Shown here piece by piece: positions 1 through 12,600 of a stretch of DNA of 64,000 bases (the stretch's first letter is position 1; every line of letters begins with the position of its first letter). The stretch lies in NCBI GenBank assembly GCA_028534125.1, contig CM052817.1:35342001-35406000 (forward strand), read 5' to 3'. The stretch is from Lama glama (lineage: Eukaryota). Both the position numbers and the translations under genes were made by a program. The notes beneath the pieces were generated by a model. That model was not told where the DNA came from. It worked only from the letters and a program-made list of their open reading frames with translations, and ran no database searches.

Positions 1-662
1 TTAGAAATTTATTTTAAGGAAGTAAGTAAATAAGAAAATAATAAGATAAATTTACATATGTGTCTGTATGGATGTTAACTGAAGGGATGTTCATAAAAAC
101 AAAAATCTAGAAACATGAGTTTCTATCCTATTAGAGGATTGGTCAAGTGTTACACCACAAAATAGAGTACCATGTGGTCATGAACAATTATCATATTAAA
201 AATAATAATGTGGAGTAGGTGATATGTATTATAAAGATGTCTGCAGTATATATATTTTTTCAAGAATATTTTATTTGTTTTTTTTTTGTTGTTGGAGGGG
301 AAGTAATTAAATTTATTTTAATGGAGGTACTGAGGATTAAACCAGTAGGATTATTGTCTTTATTTTTATACTTCTATGTAATTGATTTTTTGCAGTCAAC
401 ATTTGTAGCATTTATATTTTTAAAATTCTCATAAAACTTTTTTTATCTTAGGGATTACAAAGTGAAAGAAAATGCCAAAGAACTAGAATAATCAGGAACT
501 GATATTTGTGTAATGTATTTGATGCTAATTATAAATTCTAAATTTGCTTGTTATTAGATTATCTTAAATCTTCTGCCTGAGGATTTAGTTCTTGCTCTTT
601 GGAATATGAAACAAATGAGAGTTATCCAGCAATGTTAATTTTAAAACTACTTTTTCCTACAG

Positions 663-694
663 ATCTTTGCCGCCGTTCTTTATCAGAAGACTCT
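663..694 (+). CDS. SRP72: SRP72 exon (~exon 6), 32 nt, DLCRRSLSEDS
   Basis: ctacag|ATCTTTGC...GACTCT|gtaagt. Confidence 0.93.
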
Positions 695-3600
695 GTAAGT
701 ATTCTACTGTCGTTAAACCCAAATTTTACACTTCTGGATAATAAAAATTTTAGGAGACTTCATTGTAGTATTTATGACTTTTTGGAGTACATGTTGATTG
801 ATTAAATAGGAATCACAGTAGAACCTCTCTTGATCAGTTATTTGATGGAACCCCTTAAGGGTAAGAAATTACAATACAAAAATCTTACACGCATTACACT
901 TTTCATTTTAAAGGCATGCAAGTATAAATTCATTCTCCCATTTTTAGATGTAGGGCCCAGGTCTTTGAGTAAGAGTCTATTCATGGGAATTCCATGCATG
1001 TTTCTTACGTAATCTACATATAATCCAACAGTCATGATCTCCAGTTTTGTTTTGTTTTTAAGTGCATTAGTATCTTAAAGACAGTTGTGAATTAGTTTCA
1101 TTACAGAGTCCTTTTTTCACTAACATATTAGCATTTTCTTTCTTATACCTAATTAGATAATTTTCTTTAGGAACTCACTTTTATTAAATATTTCTGAGTA
1201 TTCAGCATAGTTTTCATTGAAACAAGTCTCTCTTCACACTCAGTTCTTATGGTAATTAAATTTTATCATTTCCTTATGAAACACAGCTGGCACAGTGGGA
1301 TTGGAAACAAACACATCTGACTCCTTGTCAGCATACACTTACTAGGTGAGAGTGGGAGTGCCCAATATGGCCAAAAAGAGCAACCTCCTAGCCTTGAGCA
1401 TTCCCTGTATGTGGGCATCAGTCAGTCTTAGGAAGAATGTAAACTATAGATTAATCTGGAGTGTTAGTTAAGAGAGCTTCTGTTTTAATTACAAAATTAG
1501 TTGCAGCTTTTGAAGTTTTTTGTATGGTGATAATTACTAGTTAAATTTTGTAATCTTTGGATTAGAATTATTTAAGAGTGAAGCATTTAAAAAATTATTT
1601 CTGTGAGAAAATTGTTTCCAAAATTTAGTGGCATTGTTGTAGAAAGTTAAACTTGCATGCTGGGTTTTACTTTTTCTCATTCTTAGATTTTAGAAAATAA
1701 AAGTGATCAATGAATGATATTCCTGATCTTGTCACCATGTTCTTCCAGAATCTGTCTTTTTGCCATTCTCATTTAAACTTCCCTCTTGGTGGCAATTCCT
1801 AAATTTTAACAAACTGACTCAATGGGAAAATTACTGAAAATTATATATCTTTAGGGTTGTATCTCTTTTGAATGTTTGAATCACTAGATAAATATGTGAA
1901 TCAATTTAGAGAATTTATAGAAAAAAAAATGTTTCTTCTCCTTAGGATGGGACTGAGGAAGACCCACAGGCAGAACTGGCCATCATTCATGGGCAGATGG
2001 CCTATATTCTGCAGCTTCAGGGTCGTACAGAGGAGGCTTTGCAACTCTACAACCAGATAATAAAACTAAAGTGAGTGAGTTATTAAAAATGAAGTATCTT
2101 TTATGTGGGATGAAGTTTCTTTTTAAAGGTTTGTTCCTTTTTGACTATTGCTTTTTGTTCCCAGGCCAACAGATGTGGCATTGCTAGCTGTGATTGCAAA
2201 TAACATCATTACCATTAACAAGGTATGGAATATCCAAGGCTTTCCTACACTTGTATTTTATGCTGGAAGCATAGTACCCCAGCCTTCTTCTAGGATAAGT
2301 TTTACCATGACTAAGTCCAGACGCAGCAAAATCACAATAGTGTTATTTAACTCTCACAATGATGATGATTCTACAAGGTGTATTCAAGTAATCAAACTTG
2401 TTTTTTGTTATAGGACTGGACTTTAAAGTTACCCTTTTCCCATTATTTTTAAAAATTATTATTCTATACAGTTGTATCATTGTAATATATAATTATAATA
2501 TTATTTCCCATTATTTTTATTATATGGAGAATGTCTATTTGTTAGAGTAGTAAATTGTTTGGACTTTGACTTTGTTCATACAGTAAGTCTGAATGCAAGT
2601 TTTCTATATATAGTTTTTTCTTTCCAGTGGTTTTTATTTGGTAGGTGGGGAGACATGGGCTGGTTCTCTCTTTCTCTGTCCCCTATGCCCCCTACCCTGC
2701 CCCTGCAACCCATGTATAAAATATTACAAGCATGTATATCAACAATCCTAAAGAGTACTGAACTTAAATAACAAGGTCCTACTGTATTACACAAAGAACT
2801 GCATTCAATATCTTGTAATAATCTATAAAGAGAATTTGAAGAACATATTTATGTATTACTGAATCACTCTGCTGTATACCAGAAACTAACACACATTGTA
2901 AATCAGCTATACTTCAATTAAAAAAAAGTTTAAAAAAAAAGTACTGTACTAGTCAAATTAACTACTATTTGGAACATTGTTTTAATTGGAAAACATTTCC
3001 AGTTCAGATTTGAAATTCAAGTCAGTAGGCAATTAGAAAAATTAACATTGGGTTTCTTTTGATAGGCCATGTGATTTTCCAAGTGCCATTTTATTTTATC
3101 CTCACAATTATCTTTTTAGTTAGCAGTAAGTACTTGTCTCCTATTTATAGGAGTATAATCTGAGGCTGATTATAGGAGTTAAGTAATTTGTATAAGGTCA
3201 CAGCCAGTAAGAGGTAGAACTTGGATTCAGGTTCCTGTCTCTGACCCCAAAGTGCTCTCCCTGTAGGCCTTTGTGGTATCTCTCTCCTGTGGCAGAAATT
3301 CAGAGGATTCTCTTATGTGGGATAATGGCATTAAGAGAGGTAATAGTTATAGGATGTTGCAGGCCATTGACATAGTGTAGGTTTCTAAAAATTGATGCTG
3401 GCATTTGACTCTTAGCAGCAATATATACCTGCCTTGTTTATGGATAATTTGAAATGTCAGTGAGGACAAATTCTTTTTATCTGGGATATAATTTGTGGGA
3501 AAGAGAGTGTGTGAAGTACTAAATAGCTCAATCTAAATGTATTGATACATTGAACTTTCTTCAGTCAACAAATATTTATTTCTGACTTTTTATTCAATAC

Positions 3601-6600
3601 AGTGCTGGATGCGTTAGGTAATGCAGAATAAATATGAGACATGGTCTTAATCATTATGTAGTTAAAAAAATCTCATTCTGCTGCTGGAAAAAATTTGTGT
3701 ATGTTTAAATTCTTGTAGAGGGAAGGGGTACAGCTCAGGCTTAGCATGTGCAAGGTCCTAGGTTCAATCCCTGGTACCTCCCTTAAAAACAAACAAACAA
3801 ACCTGGTTACCTCCCCACTAAAAAAATTTTGAAAGTAAATTCTCGTCATATACTTTGTAACTGCAGTATTTGATGAAAGAAAAGATGACTGGGTTGGCAA
3901 ATTTGAGCTGACCCTTGAAGAAGGGGCATGGTTTGAAAGGTTAAGCAACAGCATAAGCAAATAAACATATGACAAAATATTTATGTCTTGGGGGAAAGTG
4001 AGAGAACAGAAGATAAGAGGATACATCCATGTTGGCTAGTTTAAAAAAATAGGTTAGATTGAGTGATAATCAAGGTGTGGGAAGCCTTAAAAGATAAAAA
4101 TTTTTGGTAAGCGCCATGGTAGCAAAGTTTAAAAGAAGTCTGGTAGTAGCGTGTGTGGTGAATTGAAGTATTAAATAGTGACATAGGAGTTCCAACTATA
4201 AATATGATATCTTGAGGGTTGATTTATATGAAAGCCAGTTCCTTGCTGTACATTAAAATAATTCCACATTGGTTTGGAGCTTCAACTCAGAAAAAGAATT
4301 TATTTTAGATTTCTTCTTTACCTCCTTTTGGTCTTTAAACTAGTGGAAGACCTGGTTTAAAAAGCACAGAGGTAACACTTATTTGCAAATATATTTATCA
4401 TTTAGCAAAGCTAGAATATCGCGCACATAGTAAACACTCAGATGCCCAGTTTGTCCTTTACAGGATGTAGCGTGACTTAATTGTCTTCTACTCTTATTCC
4501 ATTCCATTTGCTTATATATAGACAATATGTCAGAGAGGAATAAATTACTTTCCTCATTTGTCATCTAAATTCTAAAGATGGTTTGTAGAAATTGCAAATT
4601 TAGATATCTTTATAGTTCTGATTTCCACGATAAGATTTGTTTAATCCCTATGTACTTTTCTTCAAAAAGCTAAAAATAAAGTTAAATAGTAGAAAGATAA
4701 AAGAAAATGAAGAACCCAAGCCAAATTTATATGTATCTTAGGAGTACAGACACCCCAGCCAGGTAGGTGTATTAGCTTCCAAGCTCTTTTGCTGTGTTTA
4801 CATAAAATAACTAAATGGAAGAGGAATAAGGCCTTGGAATGTTAAAAAGAGTTGAAGTCTGAGAGTGCCATTAATGGTGGATTAACTTTACTTTGTCAGG
4901 ACCAAAATGTCTTTGACTCAAAGAAGAAGGTGAAATTAACTAATGCGGAAGGAGTAGAGTTTAAGCTTTCCAAGAAACAGCTGCAAGCTATAGAATTTAA
5001 CAAAGCTTTACTTGCTATGTACACAAACCAGGTAGGTAACAGACCTCTGGCTTCCCTGGCTAAGTTTTGGAATATGGCTCATGAGGCATAATGAGTGTAT
5101 CAGTCCAGTCTATTTATATTTTCATTTATATTTTGTCTTAAACCCATGTATACTTCAAAATGTCATGTATTTGTTAAATAAGTAATTTTCCCAATTTTTT
5201 GTAAAGGTGTGCAGTTGGTGGCTTTTAAGTAGAAAACACTATTCACAGGTGTAAATGAGATAATTTTTCTCATACTCTTATTTCTAATCTCTCCAGACTA
5301 AAGTAAAAATCATCAAAAATGCAGATCCTGATTATGGATTTAAGATCCATCTTTCATTTTAGTTTGTGTATAATCTCATCAAGTTATAAATGTTAAGGAG
5401 GTAGATTATAACTCTGCTATGGATAAATTCTAATTAAAATATGATTTCCTACTCTTCTAGGGCAGAGGTTTTCAGTGAGGGACTGACAGACAGTACTGTT
5501 ATTTAGAATTGAGTCAAGTTTTTCTTAAATACTTTAGCAAGAAATACTTGTACCTTTTGTTGTTTTGAAACAAAGGCTGACACTTGATGTGCTGGTTTCT
5601 TTTTTAACAAAATTCTGGAATTTAAGCATCCAAATGAATGTTTAGGATTTGTCCTTTCCTAAATGCTTTTAGAACTCATAACTTACATTCAAAACTCAAA
5701 ACTTAAATGGAAATCTTTTTCTTATAGGGGAAAATTGAGAATAGATGCTATAAACCACTTCTGTCATCCTAGGCAGCTCTTCACTTGCTGTTTTGTTCCA
5801 ACTGATTTCCTTTCACCTCCCCCATCCTTCTTTTATTTTTGGTCATTCACATAATGTTTGACTTCATTAACCAGCTTATTTTTGTGGTGGGGGATGGATA
5901 TTGTTTTTTAGGCAGAACAATGCCGCAAAATATCTGCCAGTTTACAGTCCCAAAGTCCTGAACATCTCCTTCCTGTGTTAATCCAAGCTGCCCAGCTCTG
6001 CCGTGAAAAGCAGCATATGAAAGCAATAGAGCTGCTTCAGGTAAAAGAATTACTTGAATTTTAAATGAGATGTCAGGTAGTTGCAACCTTGCTTCATTTT
6101 CATTATGTTACAACAATGTACATAGAAGTTTGTAAATTTCATGGGACAACTAATAGGTAATGTGTATACCACTAGACAAATCCCAGAGTAGCGCTGTAGT
6201 CAATTCTTGGGCTGCAGCTTTTGTTTATATAAATTTGCATTAGTAAATATTTGCCATAAACCCCGAAGAATGCTTTTCATTTGGAGATTGATTTAACACA
6301 AAGTTAAGGGTTTGCTTTAGATTTAAAATACTAGAACAAACTTTACCCCCTTTTCACTAATGTATTCTCTAAGTCCCAGTTCAAAACCTCAGACAGTTAC
6401 AGAGATACTGACTTGGTTTTTATCCAAACCAGCTGTTAAATCACATGTTTGAATTTCCTGAGGGTAGAATACATTGGAAAGTTGGACAGTGTAAAATTAG
6501 GACCATCTTGAGGGCAAAGTTGCCTAGTGGGGGACCCTTAGTAAGGAGTCATCATTTATTTGAGTATCTTTCTTTAAAAAAAAAAATCTATGTAGTAATC

Positions 6601-9600
6601 TCAATTATTATTTCCCTACTGATGACTTCCTAGAAACTTGACATCATTGCACTTACTTTCAGAGCATAATTTTAAAGCAAAGTGGATGTTGAATAAAATT
6701 TTTCCAAAGTTAGAATTTGACCTGAAACCAGAAGTTTAATATTTTAAAACTGGATTTAAAATTTAATGAAGCTGAGGCCGAGATAAGTAATTAGAATGCG
6801 TGCATACAGTTGTATAAATTAAATGTGATTTTTTTTCCCCAACTAAAAAAATTTTAGGAATTTTCAGATCAGCATCCAGAAAATGCTGCTGAAATTAAGC
6901 TGACCATGGCACAGCTGAAAATTTCCCAAGGTATTCATGATTATTTCATCATGATTAAAATATTTTAATGGAAACATATGGTTGGAATGATTCTGAAGTA
7001 ATTGTGAACTATGATTTGTAAAACCTTTGCATAATAGTAAAGTATAATTATTGCTATTTCAAACATGAAGCTAGATTGCATGAGCTCCAGCACATTTGGT
7101 AGTGAGTTAGTAAGCCTTTTTCTTGGGTTATTCCTGAGTAGACTGTTTCTAAATCTGTGCCTTGAAAGCTTTTAGAAGGAAAAGAATTCCTTTGTTCCAT
7201 GCTTAAGTTTCCTGGGTGTGTTATGTCACTTGGTAGTATTTGCATGAAATAAGGGTTACTTTGCATCCTAGTAGTCAATATTTCTTTGCTGTTTATTCTT
7301 CATTTATGCTTTACAATCCATATCTTTGGTAGAGAAGAGGCAAGGAAATTTAATGAGAACTGGCATTTTTTAATCTTACAGAAAACTGCTAGCATTTTTG
7401 CACCAGCCCTGAGTATCTAGAGCTGTGCTGTACGTATTTGGTAGCCACTATCCATATGTAGCTATTTTAAGTTAAATTAAAATTAACTGAAATTTAAAAT
7501 TCAGTTCCTCAGTTGTGCTGGCAACATTTCAGAAGTTTTATAGCCACTTGTGACTAGTTGGACAGCATAGAAACAGATGTTTCCATTGTCACATAAAGTT
7601 CTGTCACACAGCTCTGTTATCGGCCATGCATTCTCAATAGGGGTGATTGGTTTGGTGGGAGCAGGGGGTGGAAAAAATCTTAGATATTATGATGACTGAA
7701 GTGAAAATTTCATGGATACGGTAGAGAGGAGTTGGCAATTAGGGGAAAAATGTGTAAAAAGGCTCCTTAGTAGGTTAGTAATGGAAACCAGATTGAGACC
7801 AGCCTACCCTGTTTTCACATTTCTTACCTCCCTCCTTTGTTTCTCTTTTCTTTTCCCACCTTGCTTTCTTCTTTTTCTTGTTTTCCACTTTATCTTTTCT
7901 CATCCAGTTTTCAGTTTATTTTTGCGAGGATTATTTATCATATTAAAATTATGGAGAGTGAGTCTGTAATGGTTTTTGTTTGTTTTGTTTTGTCTTTAAA
8001 GACTTTGGAAGGGTTAAGTTACTGAGGTCTGCAATGAGTGGAAAATCAGAATTTTAACACTGTAGGAAATAATTCCATTGCACTCATATCTACAGTAACG
8101 TATTTCAAGGCCTTTAGGGAAGGACTCCTACCTTTAAGTTACAGTCTGAAGAAGGAGAAATAGAACTCAATAGACTGTGAATCAGGAGACTTCTTTTCTG
8201 GTAGCAGCTCTGCCATTAACTTTGTGGGCATAAGTAAGGTATAGTGTTTCTTTAAGACTCAATTTCCTTTATTTGTAAAATGAGTAAATAGAATACATTA
8301 TTCCCAAGGTCCCAAAGCTTGAGTATTTAGAGATGTTACAAAATTTGACTCTTAAATTTCTTGTCTTTTTCTTCAGTGTGATGTTGATTTTGTTTTTAAT
8401 CTCATAAGGTAATATTTCCAAAGCATGTCTAATATTGAGAAGCATAGAGGAGTTAAAGCATAAACCAGGCATGGTGAGTTTATAACTAAAATATTGTAAG
8501 ACTGAAATGTCATGGAGTTAATAGTCCATTGATATGTGTGACATTTTTTTGTTTTCACTTTAATTTCTTCTGCATTTTTTATATACTCATAACATAGTAG
8601 CAGTAGGTAGGATAGTAACAGTTTTCTGGTGTAAATTTAATTTCATTTTATGCTCTGCTTTGCATTGATTATTTAGTCAAATGTGTCAGGCACTGCAGGC
8701 ACTACAGGCACTACTTGGGCCTTATATTACCACTGAAAGCCACCCTTAAATAAACTAAGACATATATAGTGAATTTCTCAGCCTAAATTATTTTATCATG
8801 TCTTTAGTATGATTTCTTTGAGCTAAAACAATTCAGTAATAGTGGCCAATGAATTTAATTTTTAGTTCTCTGATTATTCAAGCATCACAGGCTTAGATCA
8901 CTAATAAAGCTGTGAACACATCTTTTTCCAAGTAAAGACTGATTCTGTAGTGGTGGTATGTGCATTTATGTACAGGGACTATTTTACCCTCTAGCTTGTC
9001 TACAGTTGACACTTGGTAAATGTGTAATAGTGTTATGGTAGTGCTTTCGGGCTGTAATTACGTTATGTTAGAATCAAATATACCATATGGCTGAAAATAA
9101 TGTTTCATCTTGGTTGTTGGATTTATTGACGTAAAAGTCACTCAGATATTCCCTATTTATTCTTTTAATACTTGTAGAACATTTTGTTCCTGTTATTATT
9201 TATTTGTTCTCTTCTTTTCCTACTTAGTCTGGCTTATTAATTTTATTGATTTTTCTCAATGATCCGGCTTTTTGTTTCTGTTTCCCTTTTTGTCCTTATT
9301 TCCTGTTGCTCCTCCCCTTCTCGCTCCACTCCAGCCACATAGGCCTTCTTACTGTCCCTCCAACACACTAGGCAAGCTTTCACTGGCTTTCTGTAGCTGA
9401 GGCCACATGGAGCTCAGCATGGTAGTTCAGCCATGCTAGTTCACCTCACTGATCACGTCTTGGATGTCTCAGCAATGTCTTATTATATAAACTGATTTTC
9501 TAAGCATTTATTATAAACTTCTGTACTTATTGTGGACTGGTTAACAGACTGTGAACTGTGACTGCTTAAGGGGAAAGGTATTTTTTATAGATAAACACCA

Positions 9601-12600
9601 TTGTTGTTTATGGTATTTCTAGTCATTGTGCTCTAGCAATTTTTATGCATTAAGCACTAGTAGAGAGCCTAACGACCTTTTTTTGCTATTCAATGTTTTT
9701 CATTTTCAAAAAGTTTATCCTAGAGGGAAGGAGGAATGCTATTTACTAATTTATACCTTTGGCTGGATAGGTGTCTGCATTAGTGACGATGTATAGCCAT
9801 GAGGAAGATATTGACAGTGCCATTGAAGTCTTCACACAAGCTATCCAGTGGTATCAAAACCGTCAGGTAAAAATGTTGAGGGCATGTTTTTACATAAAAA
9901 TAAAAAGCTGTAGTAGTGAACTCAAAATTAAAGAGATTGAAACATTGCATCTCTTTAAAAGATGGCATGCTATTAGACCGTCTTTCAGTTTTTAAGTATA
10001 CCAGATCCCAATAAAGTTATTAGAAGTAAGAAATAGCTGCAAGATGAAAAAAATATGCTCAGTTATGTTTTCTGAAGCTCCTTCCTCTGCTATGTGTGTG
10101 TACAGGTGTTTGTATATGTAATCTCAAGAAATAAGAATAATTGTACATGATTGCATATAAGTGATGTCATGGATGGTAGTAATTGGTAGAACAGCAGTAC
10201 ATAGAATGATTGTGTATTATATCTCCATCTAATAGGAACATCTTTATTTTTTCCAGTATAGGTCTCTGCATAGGCAATATTCAGCTTTTAGGTACACATA
10301 TACACAGGTAGCATTTATACTGTTAGCACTATTAGCTGTGAGGAAATACCAGTGTTCTGGGAAGTGTGTTAAATTAATGTTTGAGAAATACGGTGACATA
10401 ACTTTAAAATTTGATTATGGGGGAATATTTCCAGTTTTAGACCAGATAGTCTAAATAGAGAAAGGTTGCATTCCAAATTCATAAATTGATCAACATTTGT
10501 AATAATTTGTCTATCCAGCTCTCTCTGTGTGTGTGAATTTGTTTTTTGTTGTTTAATGCATTCAGTAAAACTTAAGATGAGAAATTTAATGGATTGGTCC
10601 ATTTTAAAGACCTAGTGACATTGACTTGCTAGATATTTAGCTTGTAACTTTTTTTCCTCTCTTTTTATTAAACGTATAGCCCAAATCTCCTGCTCATTTG
10701 TCCTTGGTAAGGGAAGCTGCGAACTTCAAACTCAAATATGGGCGGAAGAAGGAGGCAATTAGTGACCTAGAACAGCTATGGAAGTAAGCTCTGGAAGGTG
10801 GAGGTGTAGAAATCCAAGTTTTATTGCTCTTCTTTGATATGAGGGAGTTATTTTCCTTGTTTATATTACTTTCTCCAGTTTTATAAACTGTTTAGTAACT
10901 TTCTTATTTCTTCTTTTAGACAGAATCCAAAAGATATTCACACCCTGGCACAGCTTATTTCTGCATACTCACTCGTAGATCCTGAGAAGGCAAAAGCGTA
11001 TCCTTTTGATTGTTCCAGATAGCTCCCAAGTGCACACTAGATCTCGTCCCTTACCTGTTTTGACCATGGCCATTTCTAAATTTCAGCAAACAAACCCCTT
11101 CCTTTAAGTAGTAAAAGCAAAAATGAGAATTTATTGATCAATGTGGCTGAAAATACAGTGATAGATCCAACTTGGGGTACAGTTTCATCCACAAGCAAAA
11201 GTGAAATCAACAGGAATGCAGCTTGTATCTCTCCAGGTTCAAGCAGAGCAGCAAAGAAAAAAGAAGAAAACGCATATTTTATTTAGGTAGTTGTACATGA
11301 TTCTAAAATGTCATTCTGATTGAACAGTCTTAGGTCACATCTCAAACAATTACTGATGGTAGGAGGGGATTTGGTTCCCTGATAGGCTGAGTTGGACCAT
11401 GTGTGCTACTCCAAATTTCCTTGGTGTTCCCAAAACTAAGGTGAGATGGTGGATGCTAAGCAGCCACAAGTCAAAAGCTTCTGCAGTGAGCAAGTCTGTG
11501 TTTTGTAAGCTTGATAGTTGTTTTGTAGTGGAGTTTTCATTAAGCCACCACCTTGAAGTACATCATTGAACTAAGGAATGGATGATTAGATTATGACTCT
11601 TCTCAAATTCTCCTTTCATGATACATGATCTATAATTGACCTTATGACCTGCTGATTTATTATTCTGTAGAAGATTTAAGAACCTTTTTTTGCTTTTGAT
11701 GAAGGGCACCCAAAAAAGACTGTTTTTCTTTTGTCATGAGTATATTGTTAGACGTATATATGTATATATAATGTGTTCCTAAACTCCTGTATTATCCCAG
11801 TCTTAGTAAACATTTGCCCTCGTCAGATAGTATGTCTCTCAAAGTCGATGTTGAGGCTCTTGAAAATTCTCCTGGTGCTACGTACATTCGGAAGAAGGGT
11901 GGAAAAGTTGCTGGAGATAGTCAACCAAAGGAGCAAGGGTAATGTTTTTCATTGTAACATCCACCAGTGCTGATTTTAAGTTATATAAGAAATTTAAAAA
12001 ATGCATTCTCATAAAAATTCCATGTGAATAAAGTTTAAGTCCCCTTTGCTGCTTTTCCCTTCTCTTTCTGTGCTCAGCTTTTTGTCCTTGTTTCCCGCCT
12101 TCCTCCCTACTCAGAATTAACCTCCAGTACTAATTTAGTGTAGATACTTCCAGATCTTTTTCTTTGTGTTTACACACAGCTGATTTAGAAATATTTTTAG
12201 ATTAGACTATTTTTTATTTTTTACAGAAACGGGATTGTACTGTGTTTAACTGTTTTTGAACTTTCTTTCATTTACTAAGTCTGAGAGATTTTTCCATATT
12301 CTCAATGTAGACATACTCTTTTTATGCATAGTATTCCATAGGCTAGATACGCCCTACTTCACCTGTGCGTTATTGACGTACCTTTAGTACATCATTTAAC
12401 ATTCTAAACCAGAGATCAGATGAGGTTTATTTTGCTGATCGGGAGGAAAAGTTACCAGCTTTGGTAACTTAGAAGAAGTCAAATTCTGGTTCTTTCCTTG
12501 TTCTCCCTACATTGCTGTCTCAAAAACAACAGAGGCCTACTAAATAAAATATTTCAGGATTCTGTTTTTGACTCAGGATGAATAGAGACTGAAAGAGAGA

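Noticed and set aside
3718..3790. tRNA-like A/B boxes
   Set aside because: SINE head; no complete cloverleaf, so not a tRNA gene
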